From Myxococcota bacterium (GTDB taxonomy: Bacteria > Myxococcota_A > UBA9160 > SZUA-336), in contig CBDFGR010000002.1 in NCBI GenBank assembly GCA_965247115.1, positions 1,600,001-1,664,000 on the forward strand: a stretch of DNA of 64,000 nt, given 5' to 3'. Positions 17,869 to 26,720 of this stretch are shown here, one piece after another. The notes beneath the pieces were generated by a model. That model ran no database searches and was not told where the DNA came from. It worked only from the letters and a program-made list of their open reading frames with translations. How positions within the stretch are numbered: position 1 is the first letter of the stretch; each line of letters opens with the position of its first letter. A program made the position numbers and the translations under genes.

Positions 17869-19214
17869 ACTCGCTGAAACTGATCGCAGTAGCACTGGTC
17901 GCGACTTTGCTCAGCCCGGGCCCCCTCGGTGCTCAGGAGTCGCTCGACGAGCTCCTCGAGAAGGTGAGGACAAGCCGGATCGAGAACCAGGCCATCAACA
18001 AGCAGCGCGAGGCCGAGTTTCGCTCCCAGAAGTCCGAGCAGCAGCGCTTGCTGCGCGAGGCCCAGGGCACGCGAGACCGGCTCGAGCGGCGCAGCACGGA
18101 GCTCGAGGCGAGCTTCAACGAGAACGAGATCCGGATCACTCAGCTCGGGGAGCAGCTGAGGAATCGCCTCGGCAACTTGGGCGAGCTGTTCGGCGTGGTG
18201 CGCCAGGTCGCAGGCGACACACGAGGAGTGCTCGACGGGTCGCTCGCGACGGCGCAGTTCCCCGGACGAGCAGAGCCTATGGCCGAGCTTGCCGAGAGCA
18301 AGGTGCTGCCGTCGATCACCGAGCTGGAAGGCTTGTGGTTCGCACTTCTGGAGGAGATGGTCGAGTCCGGCAAGGTCGTCCGTTTCAACACCACCGTCGT
18401 GCTGCCCGATGGCGAGCAAGTCACTAAGGATGTGGTCCGCGTGGGCGTCTTCAATGCCATTTCGGACGGGAAGTTCCTGCGCTACCTGCCGGAGACCGGC
18501 AAGCTGACGGAGCTGGCGCGGCAGCCCGCAGCGCGTTATCGGGGTGCGGCCGCGGATCTCGAGGGAGCCACGAGCGGCCTGGTCGCGATGGCGGTCGATC
18601 CCTCGCGCGGCTCGATCCTGGCGTTGCTCGTCCAGAGTCCGACGTACATCGAGCGCGTCCAGCAGGGCGGCGTGATCGGCTACATCACGATCACTCTCGG
18701 TCTGATCGGGCTCGGGATCGTCGTGATCCGCTTCTACACTCTGTTCAGCGTCCGTGGCAAGATGATCTCGCAGATGAGCTCGGACAAGGCGGATCCTGGC
18801 AATCCGCTGGGCCGGGTGATGCAGGTCTACGAGGAATACGGCACTGCGGACACCGAGACGCTCGAGCTCAAGCTCGACGAGTCCATCTTGAAGGACGCGC
18901 CAAAGCTGGAGCAGGGCCTCACGACCGTGAAGGTGCTCTCGATCATCGCCCCGCTTCTGGGCCTGCTCGGAACTGTCACCGGGATGATCCTGACGTTCCA
19001 GCAGATCACCCTGTTCGGAACGGGCGACCCGAAGATGATGGCGGGCGGCATCTCGCAGGCACTCGTCACCACCATGCTGGGTCTGACCGTGGCCATCCCG
19101 CTCACGCTCTTGCACAGCTGGCTGCGTGACCGAAGCAAGTCGCTGATCCAGATCCTGGAGGAGGAGAGCGCGGGCATGGTCGCGCGTCGAGCCGAGGCGG
19201 AGCACGCCGAGTGA
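17865..19214 (+). CDS. Large MotA/TolQ/ExbB-family protein (TtpC-like)
   Basis: Periplasmic coiled coil, VDPSRG, APLLGLLGTVTGMI, MMAGGISQALVTT. Confidence 0.9.
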   Translation: MNSLKLIAVALVATLLSPGPLGAQESLDELLEKVRTSRIENQAINKQREAEFRSQKSEQQRLLREAQGTRDRLERRSTELEASFNENEIRITQLGEQLRNRLGNLGELFGVVRQVAGDTRGVLDGSLATAQFPGRAEPMAELAESKVLPSITELEGLWFALLEEMVESGKVVRFNTTVVLPDGEQVTKDVVRVGVFNAISDGKFLRYLPETGKLTELARQPAARYRGAAADLEGATSGLVAMAVDPSRGSILALLVQSPTYIERVQQGGVIGYITITLGLIGLGIVVIRFYTLFSVRGKMISQMSSDKADPGNPLGRVMQVYEEYGTADTETLELKLDESILKDAPKLEQGLTTVKVLSIIAPLLGLLGTVTGMILTFQQITLFGTGDPKMMAGGISQALVTTMLGLTVAIPLTLLHSWLRDRSKSLIQILEEESAGMVARRAEAEHAE

Positions 19215-19750
19215 CAGCACTCTTAGATCAGTGGGTTGCGGTCCAGGACTTCATGGGCCGGGGCGGTCAAGTCCTGATCGGGATCGCGTTCCTGACCTTC
19301 TGGTTGTGGACTCTGATCATCGAGCGCTTCTGGTACATGCGCACGAGCCATCCCCTTGAGCTCGAGCGGGTCCTTGGAATCTGGGACACACGCAGCGAGC
19401 GGTCCTCCTGGTACGCGCACCAGATCCGCAGGGCGCTGATCTCCGAGGTCTCAGCCAAGGCCCACCGCCAGGTCAGCATGATCCAGGCGCTCGTGGCGCT
19501 CTGTCCGCTGCTCGGACTGCTTGGTACAGTTACCGGCATGATCGAGGTGTTCGACGTGATGGCGATCACCGGCAGCAGCAACGCCCGCGCCATGGCGTCG
19601 GGGGTGTCGAAGGCGACAATCCCCACCATGGCCGGGATGGTCGTCGCGCTGTCCGGTCTCTACTTCAGCGTGCGCCTCAAACAGTGGGCCGACGACGAGG
19701 AGGAGCGCACGGCCGACCTCCTCACGCACGAGACGGTGATCCATGGCTAG
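19211..19750 (+). CDS. exbB: MotA/TolQ/ExbB proton channel protein
   Basis: CPLLGLLGTVTGMIEVF, MASGVSKATIPTMAG. Confidence 0.88.
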   Translation: MTALLDQWVAVQDFMGRGGQVLIGIAFLTFWLWTLIIERFWYMRTSHPLELERVLGIWDTRSERSSWYAHQIRRALISEVSAKAHRQVSMIQALVALCPLLGLLGTVTGMIEVFDVMAITGSSNARAMASGVSKATIPTMAGMVVALSGLYFSVRLKQWADDEEERTADLLTHETVIHG

Positions 19751-20153
19751 GCGCCGCCGGAGCCAGTCTGGCGAGGAAGAGGCGATCCAGCTCACCCCGA
19801 TGCTGGACGTCGTCTTCATCATGCTCATCTTCTTCATCGTGACCGCTTCGTTCGTGAAGGAGTCCGGGATTCAGGTGACCCGGCCGAACGCAGAGTCGGC
19901 CGAGCGAAAGATACGGGCCAGCATCCTGATCGCGATCTCGAGGACCGGAGAGATCTGGATCGAGAAAAAGCGCGTCGACGTGCGAGCCGTGCGCACGAGC
20001 GTCGAGCGACTGCTGGCCGAGAATCCGAAGGGATCGGTCGTGATTCAGGCCGACCAAAGGTCCCATAACGGCGTCTTCGTCAAGGTCATGGATCAGGCCA
20101 GGTTGGCGGGGGCAGCGGAGATCGCGATTGCGGCCAGGGAGGGTCCGTCATGA
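19743..20153 (+). CDS. exbD: Biopolymer transport protein ExbD
   Basis: LTPMLDVVFIMLIFFIVT, VVIQAD. Confidence 0.92.
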   Translation: MARRRRSQSGEEEAIQLTPMLDVVFIMLIFFIVTASFVKESGIQVTRPNAESAERKIRASILIAISRTGEIWIEKKRVDVRAVRTSVERLLAENPKGSVVIQADQRSHNGVFVKVMDQARLAGAAEIAIAAREGPS

Positions 20154-20764
20154 TCCAGCGTTACTCGAGTTCGGTCGTTCTTGGCGGAATTGCGACCCTC
20201 GCGCTCTTCTTCCTGATGCAGTCCCTGATCGCCTACGGTTCGGCAGGAGTCCAGGACGAGGTGCTCGGTACCGTCATCGACTTCGTCATGGTGAATAACG
20301 AGTCGGAGACGCAGGCCAAGAGGCGGCGGCCGCCTCGCAAGCTGCAAGAGGAAAAGCCCCCTGAGCCGCCAGACATCGAGCTGAACCGGGCGCGCAAGCC
20401 CCAGTCGCAGAATCAGGGTCAGGGCTTCGGCGACTTCGACTTCGGAGAGCTGCAGGGCGGTCCGCATCTGGGCGGCGCCCCCACCGATGGGGACATTCTG
20501 CCTCTGGTCCGGATCGAGCCCCGCTATCCGGCGCGAGCGCTGCAGCGCGAAATAGAGGGCTGGGTGCTGCTCGAGTTCTCGATTTCCCCCGCCGGAACCG
20601 TCATCAATCCGTTCGTGGTGGATTCAGAGCCCCCGCGCACCTTCGACCGGGCCGCACTGAGGGCGGTGGCGCGCTGGAAGTACAAGCCCAAGGTGGAGGA
20701 CGGCCTCACGGTCACCCGCCACGGCGTCCAGGTCGTACTCACGTTCGAGCTCGAAGAGGATTGA
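20150..20764 (+). CDS. tonB: Energy transducer TonB
   Basis: N-terminal TM, Pro-rich linker, PRYPARA...IEGWV...FDRAALRAVARWKYKP. Confidence 0.9.
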   Translation: MIQRYSSSVVLGGIATLALFFLMQSLIAYGSAGVQDEVLGTVIDFVMVNNESETQAKRRRPPRKLQEEKPPEPPDIELNRARKPQSQNQGQGFGDFDFGELQGGPHLGGAPTDGDILPLVRIEPRYPARALQREIEGWVLLEFSISPAGTVINPFVVDSEPPRTFDRAALRAVARWKYKPKVEDGLTVTRHGVQVVLTFELEED

Positions 20765-20779
20765 ACAGGAGGTGCCGTC

Positions 20780-22078
20780 GTGCATCCGAGACTTTCCTAC
20801 TTTCTCGCTGTAGTCACCGCCTTCGCACTCTCTTCCCCGCTACTCCTCGTACCGGGCCCTGATGGAGTTGTCTGGGCAGAGAAGAAAGAGTCGCGCAAGC
20901 CGCCCGAGACGAGAAAGGTCCAGGCGGTGCGCGAATGGGCCTTCAAGCGCCTCGGAGCCGCGCAGGATGCACTGACCGTCGACGACTACGTGACGGCTGA
21001 GGAGCAGCTGGAGGAGATGCAGAAGTCGACGCGGCTCAACACGCACGAGGTCGCGCTCATGCACCAGACCTGGGCCTACCTCCACTCCGAGCGGGACAAC
21101 TACCCAGACGCGATCAAGGAGTTCGAGGCGGCCATCGCCACCGGGGGGCTCCCGCTCTCGGTTGAGCTCAGCGTGCTCTACAACATCGCCCAGCTCTATA
21201 TCGTGACCGAGCAGTACCGGGAGGGCATCGCGAAGCTGCAAGAGTGGTTCAGACTCACCGAGCAGCCGACCGCGGCCGCCTACGTCCTGCTCGCTAACGG
21301 CTACGTACAGCTCGATGACTATGCGAGCGCCCTGCCGCACGCGAAGAAGGGCGTAGCGATGTCGGTCAACAACCCCAGGGAGAGCTGGGTGCGCTTGCTG
21401 CTCGCTCTGCACTTCCAGCTCGAGCAATACAGAGAGGCCGCGGACATCCTGGAAACGCTCGTGACCCTGTGGCCGAAGAAGTCGTACTGGATGCAGCTGT
21501 CCTCTATCTACGCGACCATCGGTGAGGACCACAAGTCGCTGACGGTCATGCAGATAGCCTACGGCGAGAACTACCTGACCGAGAGCAGGGAGATCGTGCG
21601 GCTGGCGCAGCTCTATCTCTACCATGAGATCCCCTACCGGGGGGCGAAGGTGCTCGAGAAGGGCTTCGAGGACGAGCTGGTCGAGGAGAACGAGAAGAAC
21701 TTCGAGCTGCTCGCCAACAGCTGGATCCACGCCCAGGAGCTCGACCAGGCGCTCCCGCCCCTCGGACGCGCGGCGGATCTGTCAGAGGACGGCAATCTCT
21801 ATATGCGCATCGGCCAGATTCACGTGGAGGCCGAGGACTGGAAGAAGGCCGCGGGATCCCTCGGCACGGCAATCGACAAGGGCGAGCTGGACCGCCCAGG
21901 CCTGGCGAACCTGTTGCTCGGCATTGCGCACTTCAACGGAGGCAAGTACACCGCCGCCAAGCGATCCTTTACCCGCGCCTCGAAATACGAGAAGACTCGG
22001 AAGAGCGCGCGCCAGTGGATGCGCCACGTCGACCAGGCGCGCCCTCCCTGGACAGGGGCGCGGAAGGCACCGAAGTAG
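20780..22078 (+). CDS. Tetratricopeptide repeat protein (TonB-cluster associated)
   Basis: Signal peptide, repeated TPR-like helices, IPYRGAKVL; last gene of the cluster. Confidence 0.8.
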   Translation: MHPRLSYFLAVVTAFALSSPLLLVPGPDGVVWAEKKESRKPPETRKVQAVREWAFKRLGAAQDALTVDDYVTAEEQLEEMQKSTRLNTHEVALMHQTWAYLHSERDNYPDAIKEFEAAIATGGLPLSVELSVLYNIAQLYIVTEQYREGIAKLQEWFRLTEQPTAAAYVLLANGYVQLDDYASALPHAKKGVAMSVNNPRESWVRLLLALHFQLEQYREAADILETLVTLWPKKSYWMQLSSIYATIGEDHKSLTVMQIAYGENYLTESREIVRLAQLYLYHEIPYRGAKVLEKGFEDELVEENEKNFELLANSWIHAQELDQALPPLGRAADLSEDGNLYMRIGQIHVEAEDWKKAAGSLGTAIDKGELDRPGLANLLLGIAHFNGGKYTAAKRSFTRASKYEKTRKSARQWMRHVDQARPPWTGARKAPK

Positions 22079-22168
22079 CTTCTGCGCGCTGACGCAAATT
22101 CGCGCGTATCCCTAAAGCCAGACAGCTGATCTGCCGATTCCTCTGGGGTCCCCCCCGGAGGGAACGGC

Positions 22169-23425
22169 GTGATGCAGGTCTTCCGTTCGAGTTCGCTCGC
22201 CGCCTGTCTGCTCCTCTGCGTCTGTGCGAATCCCGGCGACGTGGCCTTCCAGCGTGGGGAGTACCGCCTGGCGGCCGAGCAGGGCCATCCCGAGGCCCAG
22301 TGGCTCGTAGGAGTCGCCTATGCCGGCGGGCTTGGCGTCGAGCGGGATGCAAAGGCGGCACTGCGCTGGTTTCACGCCGCGGCGGAGGCAGGCCACCCTG
22401 CCGCTCAGCACGAGCTCGGCCTCGCCTACCAGGAGGGAGTGCTCGTCCCGCGCAGCATGCTCGAGGCGGCTCGCTGGTTCCGGGCAGGTGCCGAGGCGGG
22501 CCACCCTGGCGCTCAGTTCGTCTACGGAGCCCTCTGTCTGGAAGGACGCTGGGTGACGTTGGGTCCGCGTCACGGGGCGCGCTGGATCACCCGGGCAGCC
22601 GAGTCCGGCCACCCCGGGGCCCAGGCCGCGCTCGCGTACCTGTACCACCGTGGAATCGGCGTAGGGTCCAAGAGCGACGAGAAGGCCAACGAGTGGCTGA
22701 AGAAGGCGGCAGAGCAGGGTGATGTCCCCAGCCAGAGCGGCCTGGGTACCGCGTACGCGCTGGGCTGGGGAGTGGAACGGGATCCTGAACGCGCCGTGCA
22801 CTGGTGGCGGCTTGCCGCCAACGCCGGAGACGTGACCGCGCAGGCCAACCTCGGCTCCATGTACGCGCAGGGCAGCGGGGTGGAGCGGGACGTAGAGAAG
22901 GCACTGCACTGGCTGTTCCGCGCCGCAGCTTCCGGCAGTACAGACGCCCAGTTTCACCTGGGCCTGATCTACCTGAGCGGCGACCAGGTCCTCATGGACC
23001 TGTCGCTGGCACTGAACTTCTTTCTGGCTGCGTCGGCGCAGGATCACGCGGGAGCGGAGAACGCGCTGGGAGCGATGTATGCCGGGGGTCGCGGGCTGGA
23101 GCAGAACCTGAAGCTGGCAGCGCACTGGTTCCGACGCGCTGCCGAGCGGGGGCACGCGCGGGCACAGGTGAACCTGGGGACCTTCTATGCGAACGGTCTG
23201 GGGGCGCCGCAGAATGACGCACGGGCCGCGCACTGGTTCCGGCTCGCGGCAGAGCAGGGGGAGCCTGTTGCGCAGCAGAGGCTGGCGGAGATGTATTTGG
23301 AGGGGCGTGGCGTCGAGAAGGATGATGGAGAGGCGCAGCGCTGGCGGCGGTTGGCTGAGGAGAATGGTTCGGGGGAGGATCCGCCTGCTTCGATGATCGA
23401 GGTGCCGGGGGTTTCTGGTAGGTAA
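22169..23425 (+). CDS. Sel1-like repeat protein
   Basis: About ten 36-aa repeats of AQxxLGxxYxxGxGV...AxxWFxxAAEQG. Confidence 0.9.
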   Translation: MMQVFRSSSLAACLLLCVCANPGDVAFQRGEYRLAAEQGHPEAQWLVGVAYAGGLGVERDAKAALRWFHAAAEAGHPAAQHELGLAYQEGVLVPRSMLEAARWFRAGAEAGHPGAQFVYGALCLEGRWVTLGPRHGARWITRAAESGHPGAQAALAYLYHRGIGVGSKSDEKANEWLKKAAEQGDVPSQSGLGTAYALGWGVERDPERAVHWWRLAANAGDVTAQANLGSMYAQGSGVERDVEKALHWLFRAAASGSTDAQFHLGLIYLSGDQVLMDLSLALNFFLAASAQDHAGAENALGAMYAGGRGLEQNLKLAAHWFRRAAERGHARAQVNLGTFYANGLGAPQNDARAAHWFRLAAEQGEPVAQQRLAEMYLEGRGVEKDDGEAQRWRRLAEENGSGEDPPASMIEVPGVSGR

Positions 23426-23429
23426 AGCC

Positions 23430-23549
23430 GTCGGCGGGCGGGACACTTCCCCCGCGTGACCTCGCTACTCAGCTCCGCCAGCGTCTCCTATGCCTCGGAC
23501 ACCGCTACACGGTCTCGCGGGGGAAGTGTCCCGCCCGCCGACTCCTTGC
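23430..23549. repeat. Long hairpin element (family C, copy 2)
   Basis: 32-bp IR with 1 mismatch (23430-23461 / 23511-23542); 49-nt loop 40/49 identical to copy 1; trailing TCCTTGC. Confidence 0.9.
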
Positions 23550-23600
23550 TCCGCGTTGCGTTGGTGGAGCTGCGTCCCTGTGTGGGTTGTGGGTGTGGAG

Positions 23601-24083
23601 TTAGGGGATGCGGGTGAGGGTGGTGATGGTGAAGGGGTGGGGGTGGTGGTTGTCGGGTTTGAAGTGTTTGCTGGCGGTTTCTTTCCACTCTGAGAGGTCG
23701 AAGTCCGGGAAGTAGGTGTCGCCTTCGATGTTGGCGTGGACTCTCGTGAGGTAGAGGACGTCGGCGAGGGGGAGGGCTTCCGTGTAGAGGGTGGCGCCTC
23801 CGATGATGATCCTCTCGGACCTGGTCGCTGCTTCGAGGGCTGCCTCTAGGCTGGGGGCGGATTTGCAGCCCTTTGCTACCAGGTGCGGGTTGCTCGTGAC
23901 GATGAGGTTTTCGCGGTCGGGGAGTTTGCGGGCGATGGATTGGTGGGTCTTGCGGCCCATGATGACGGTCTTGCCGAGGGTGGTTCTCTTGAAGTGGGCG
24001 AGGTCGCGGGGGAGGTGCCAGGGGAGGCCGCCCTGTGCTCCGATCACGCGGTTGCTGGCCACTGCGGCAATCAGCGAGATCAG
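23601..24083 (-). CDS. folA: Dihydrofolate reductase (probable CUG start)
   Basis: ISLIAAVASNRVIG, LPWHLPRDLAHFK, IMGRKT, IIGGA, GDTYFP; conserved N-terminus begins at CTG 24083 after AGGAG. Confidence 0.92.
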   Translation of the reverse strand: MISLIAAVASNRVIGAQGGLPWHLPRDLAHFKRTTLGKTVIMGRKTHQSIARKLPDRENLIVTSNPHLVAKGCKSAPSLEAALEAATRSERIIIGGATLYTEALPLADVLYLTRVHANIEGDTYFPDFDLSEWKETASKHFKPDNHHPHPFTITTLTRIP

Positions 24084-24091
24084 AGGGGCTC

Positions 24092-24886
24092 CTAGACGGC
24101 GATCGGCGCCTGGATCAGCGGGTGGCTCTTGTAGCCGGCGAGGTGAATGTCTTCGTAGCGGAAGTCGAAAATCGAGCGCACTCCAGGCTTGAGCTCGAGG
24201 CGGGGCAGCTCGTAGGGCGTACGGGCCAGCTGAGTGTCCGCCTGTGCGAGGTGGTTCGTGTAGAGGTGCACGTCGCCGAACGTGTGAACGAAGTCACCGG
24301 GCTCGAGGTTCGAGACGTGAGCAATCATGTGGGTGAGCAGCGCGTACGAGGCGATGTTGAAGGGAACGCCGAGGAAAACGTCGGCGGAGCGCTGGTACAG
24401 CTGGCACGAGAGCTTGCCCTCGGACACGTAGAACTGGAACAGCGCATGGCAGGGGGGTAGGGCCATGCTCGGCAGCTCGGCCACGTTCCAGGCGCTCACG
24501 ACGAGGCGCCTGGAGATGGGATTTCGAGCGATCTCGTCTATGACCCAGCTGATCTGGTCGACGGTCTTCCCGTCGGCACTGCGCCAGGAGCGCCACTGGG
24601 CACCGTAGATGGGACCGAGCTCGTCGTTGGCATCTGCCCACTCGTCCCAGATGCCCACGTCGTTCTCGTGCAGGTAACGGAGATTTGTATCCCCGCGCAG
24701 AAACCAGAGCAGCTCGTGGAAAACGGACTTGAGCTGCAGCTTCTTCGTCGTCACCGCCGGGAAGCCGCGCGCTAGATCGAAGCGCAGCTGGCGGCCGAAC
24801 ACGCTCAGCGTTCCCGTCCCCGTCCGGTCCGCCTTCGCAGTGCCGTTGTGGCGGACGTCTCTCAGCAAGTCCAGGTACGGCTTCAC
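24092..24886 (-). CDS. thyA: Thymidylate synthase
   Basis: [41 protein letters not shown]. Confidence 0.98.
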   Translation of the reverse strand: MKPYLDLLRDVRHNGTAKADRTGTGTLSVFGRQLRFDLARGFPAVTTKKLQLKSVFHELLWFLRGDTNLRYLHENDVGIWDEWADANDELGPIYGAQWRSWRSADGKTVDQISWVIDEIARNPISRRLVVSAWNVAELPSMALPPCHALFQFYVSEGKLSCQLYQRSADVFLGVPFNIASYALLTHMIAHVSNLEPGDFVHTFGDVHLYTNHLAQADTQLARTPYELPRLELKPGVRSIFDFRYEDIHLAGYKSHPLIQAPIAV

Positions 24887-24945
24887 GCTGCCCTCCGTTC
24901 ACTCAAAGTACCAATCGAGTCGCTCCCTCTGCTACCCTCGCCGAC

Positions 24946-25560
24946 GTGTCGATTCTGCTGATTCGCCACGGCGAGACGGAGCTGAACGCGACACGCGTGG
25001 TCCAGCCACCGGACACACCTCTGAACGAGCGAGGCATCGCACAGGCGGACTGCCTCGCCCGCCGCCTGCTCTCGTTCGGGATCGCGCACATCCTGACCAG
25101 CGACCAGACCCGCGCGAAGATGACGGCGGAGTGTGTGCTGGCCGCGACCGGCGCGACGCTGAGCCTTGATCCGGGCCTGTGTGAGCGGAACTTTGGAGAC
25201 ATCCGCGGCACTCCGTACTCCGAGCTCAAAGAGGACATCTTCGCGCCGGGCTACATGCCTCCCGGCGGTGAGCTCTGGAGTGTCTTCGATGCTCGAGTGG
25301 ATGCCGCGTGGGATCGCGTGACCGCACGGGCGCGCCTCGTACAGGGCAACCTCGCCGTGGTCACTCACGGCCTGGTCTGTCGCTCTCTCGCCGCTCGCAA
25401 GCTCGAGCTCCCGGAGTCGGTCGCGCAGCCGCAGCGCTGGGGCAACACCGGGCTCACGATCGTGGATGGAGGACCTCCCTGGACAGTGCAACTTCTCAAC
25501 TGCACGGCCCATCTGGAGCCCGAATTCGCGGACGACATCAGGGGCACATCGGGACTCTAG
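24946..25560 (+). CDS. Histidine phosphatase family protein
   Basis: LLIRHGET, ERNFG, VVTHG. Confidence 0.88.
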   Translation: MSILLIRHGETELNATRVVQPPDTPLNERGIAQADCLARRLLSFGIAHILTSDQTRAKMTAECVLAATGATLSLDPGLCERNFGDIRGTPYSELKEDIFAPGYMPPGGELWSVFDARVDAAWDRVTARARLVQGNLAVVTHGLVCRSLAARKLELPESVAQPQRWGNTGLTIVDGGPPWTVQLLNCTAHLEPEFADDIRGTSGL

Positions 25561-25707
25561 GCTCATCCGCCTCGGAATCTGTTCGTTGGTTGTCTTCCCC
25601 CACATGGTACAGGAGCCAGGTTGGGGGCCGGTAACGGGGGTTCCGAGGCGATTTTGCGCTGCTTTTGGGCTAAATCCGCGAGTTGGATGAGATTTTCCGA
25701 TTAGTGA

Positions 25708-25736
25708 TTGACGTCCGTTGGTCAACGTGCTATAAT
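25708..25736 (+). promoter_or_regulatory. Near-consensus sigma70 promoter
   Basis: TTGACG-17 bp-TATAAT with extended -10 TGn; TTGAC-N8-GTCAA inverted repeat overlaps the -35 box. Confidence 0.7.
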
Positions 25737-25757
25737 GCTCGCGCTTATTTCGAACCA

Positions 25758-25780
25758 GCCCGCCTTTCGGCGGGTTTTTT
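25758..25780 (+). terminator. Intrinsic terminator
   Basis: GCCCGCC-TTTC-GGCGGGT followed by a T-run. Confidence 0.75.
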
Positions 25781-25836
25781 GTTGCTCCGATATTTCGCTT
25801 TTCCTCGGAACTAGGTACTTAGCGCACAGGCCAGTT

Positions 25837-26478
25837 CTACCAGCGTGCGGGTTTTGTGAGCGCGCGGCCTCCTGGTAGCACCAGTGGATCGGGGAACTGG
25901 TGCTGGAGATAGCGAGGGGACTTAAGCTTGAACGTGTGTCCCGGGATCAGCTTTTGGAGTTCTTGGTTCTGTCTTGCGAAGGGGAATGCGAAGAAGATCG
26001 ATTTCTCAGGATAGAGAGCTTGGGCAGTCCGCACGGCAGGGGCTAGATCCGTGTCGCCAGTCACCAGCACTGCGATATCACATTGGTCTGCATCGAAGAT
26101 CTCAAGAAGCCTGCAGGCGATTGCTACATCGGTTTCCTTTTCTTCGTATGCAGGTCTCTTCTGCTTGCAGACGTTGCACCACACTTCCTTGAACTTGAAC
26201 CGCCCAAGCTCGACACGCACACCCGTGGATTTGAGCGCTTCAATATATAGTTGGTGTCGCGCGGTCGAACCCGGTCGATAGTGGTCTCTGTGGTCAGCGA
26301 GCGCTGAGAAGTAGTAGATCCTCTCAAGGGTCGCAGTTCGTCCGATCACGGGGAGACACGACTCGAGCAACGATCTGAGATTCAGCCACCGCGTGGATGG
26401 ATGCTGAGGCAACCTCCGCTCGATCTCCTTGGCGGAGTGATAGACGTTGAAGCCGTCAACGAGGAAGACGGTCCGCAC
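25837..26478 (-). CDS. NYN-domain (LabA/DUF88, PIN-like) predicted ribonuclease
   Basis: FLVDGFNVYH, EEKETDVAIA, VLVTGDTDLAPA acidic catalytic motifs; CxxC insert. Confidence 0.9.
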   Translation of the reverse strand: MRTVFLVDGFNVYHSAKEIERRLPQHPSTRWLNLRSLLESCLPVIGRTATLERIYYFSALADHRDHYRPGSTARHQLYIEALKSTGVRVELGRFKFKEVWCNVCKQKRPAYEEKETDVAIACRLLEIFDADQCDIAVLVTGDTDLAPAVRTAQALYPEKSIFFAFPFARQNQELQKLIPGHTFKLKSPRYLQHQFPDPLVLPGGRALTKPARW

Positions 26479-26497
26479 GCTAGCCCCTTAAATCGAG

Positions 26498-26553
26498 AAA
26501 CCCCCCAGGCCTTAGCCTGAGGGGGACCAGCGCGCCCGTAGGCCCGGCTGGGG
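26498..26553 (-). ncRNA. Candidate structured RNA in the NYN 5' region
   Basis: Minus-strand CCCCAGCCGGGCCUACGGGCGCGCUGGUCCCCCUCAGGCUAAGGCCUGGGGGGUUU: a cUACGg-capped hairpin and a 10-bp hairpin, downstream of TTGACT and an AT-rich -10 region. Confidence 0.5.
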
Positions 26554-26609
26554 ATGATGTATATTACTTATCGTCCCAACGCTGCGGAAGTCAAGTGGGG
26601 ATTTCACCG

Positions 26610-26647
26610 AACTCTGCTAAACGGGTGATCACCCGTTTAGCAGAGTT
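26610..26647. repeat. Perfect 38-bp palindrome with no spacer
   Basis: AACTCTGCTAAACGGGTGATCACCCGTTTAGCAGAGTT is its own reverse complement. Confidence 0.95.
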
Positions 26648-26720
26648 TCCCTTATTGTTCAAGGACGGTCTACTCTTCCAATGTATTCAGTACGTTATGG
26701 TCGCAAGCTTCCGCTTATCG

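Noticed and set aside
26551..26570. Inner right IR for a smaller IS1595 bounded at about 27775
   Set aside because: Only TATTACTT is shared with the sequence upstream of the transposase and no flanking TSD was found; the outer IRs with an 8-bp TSD are much stronger.
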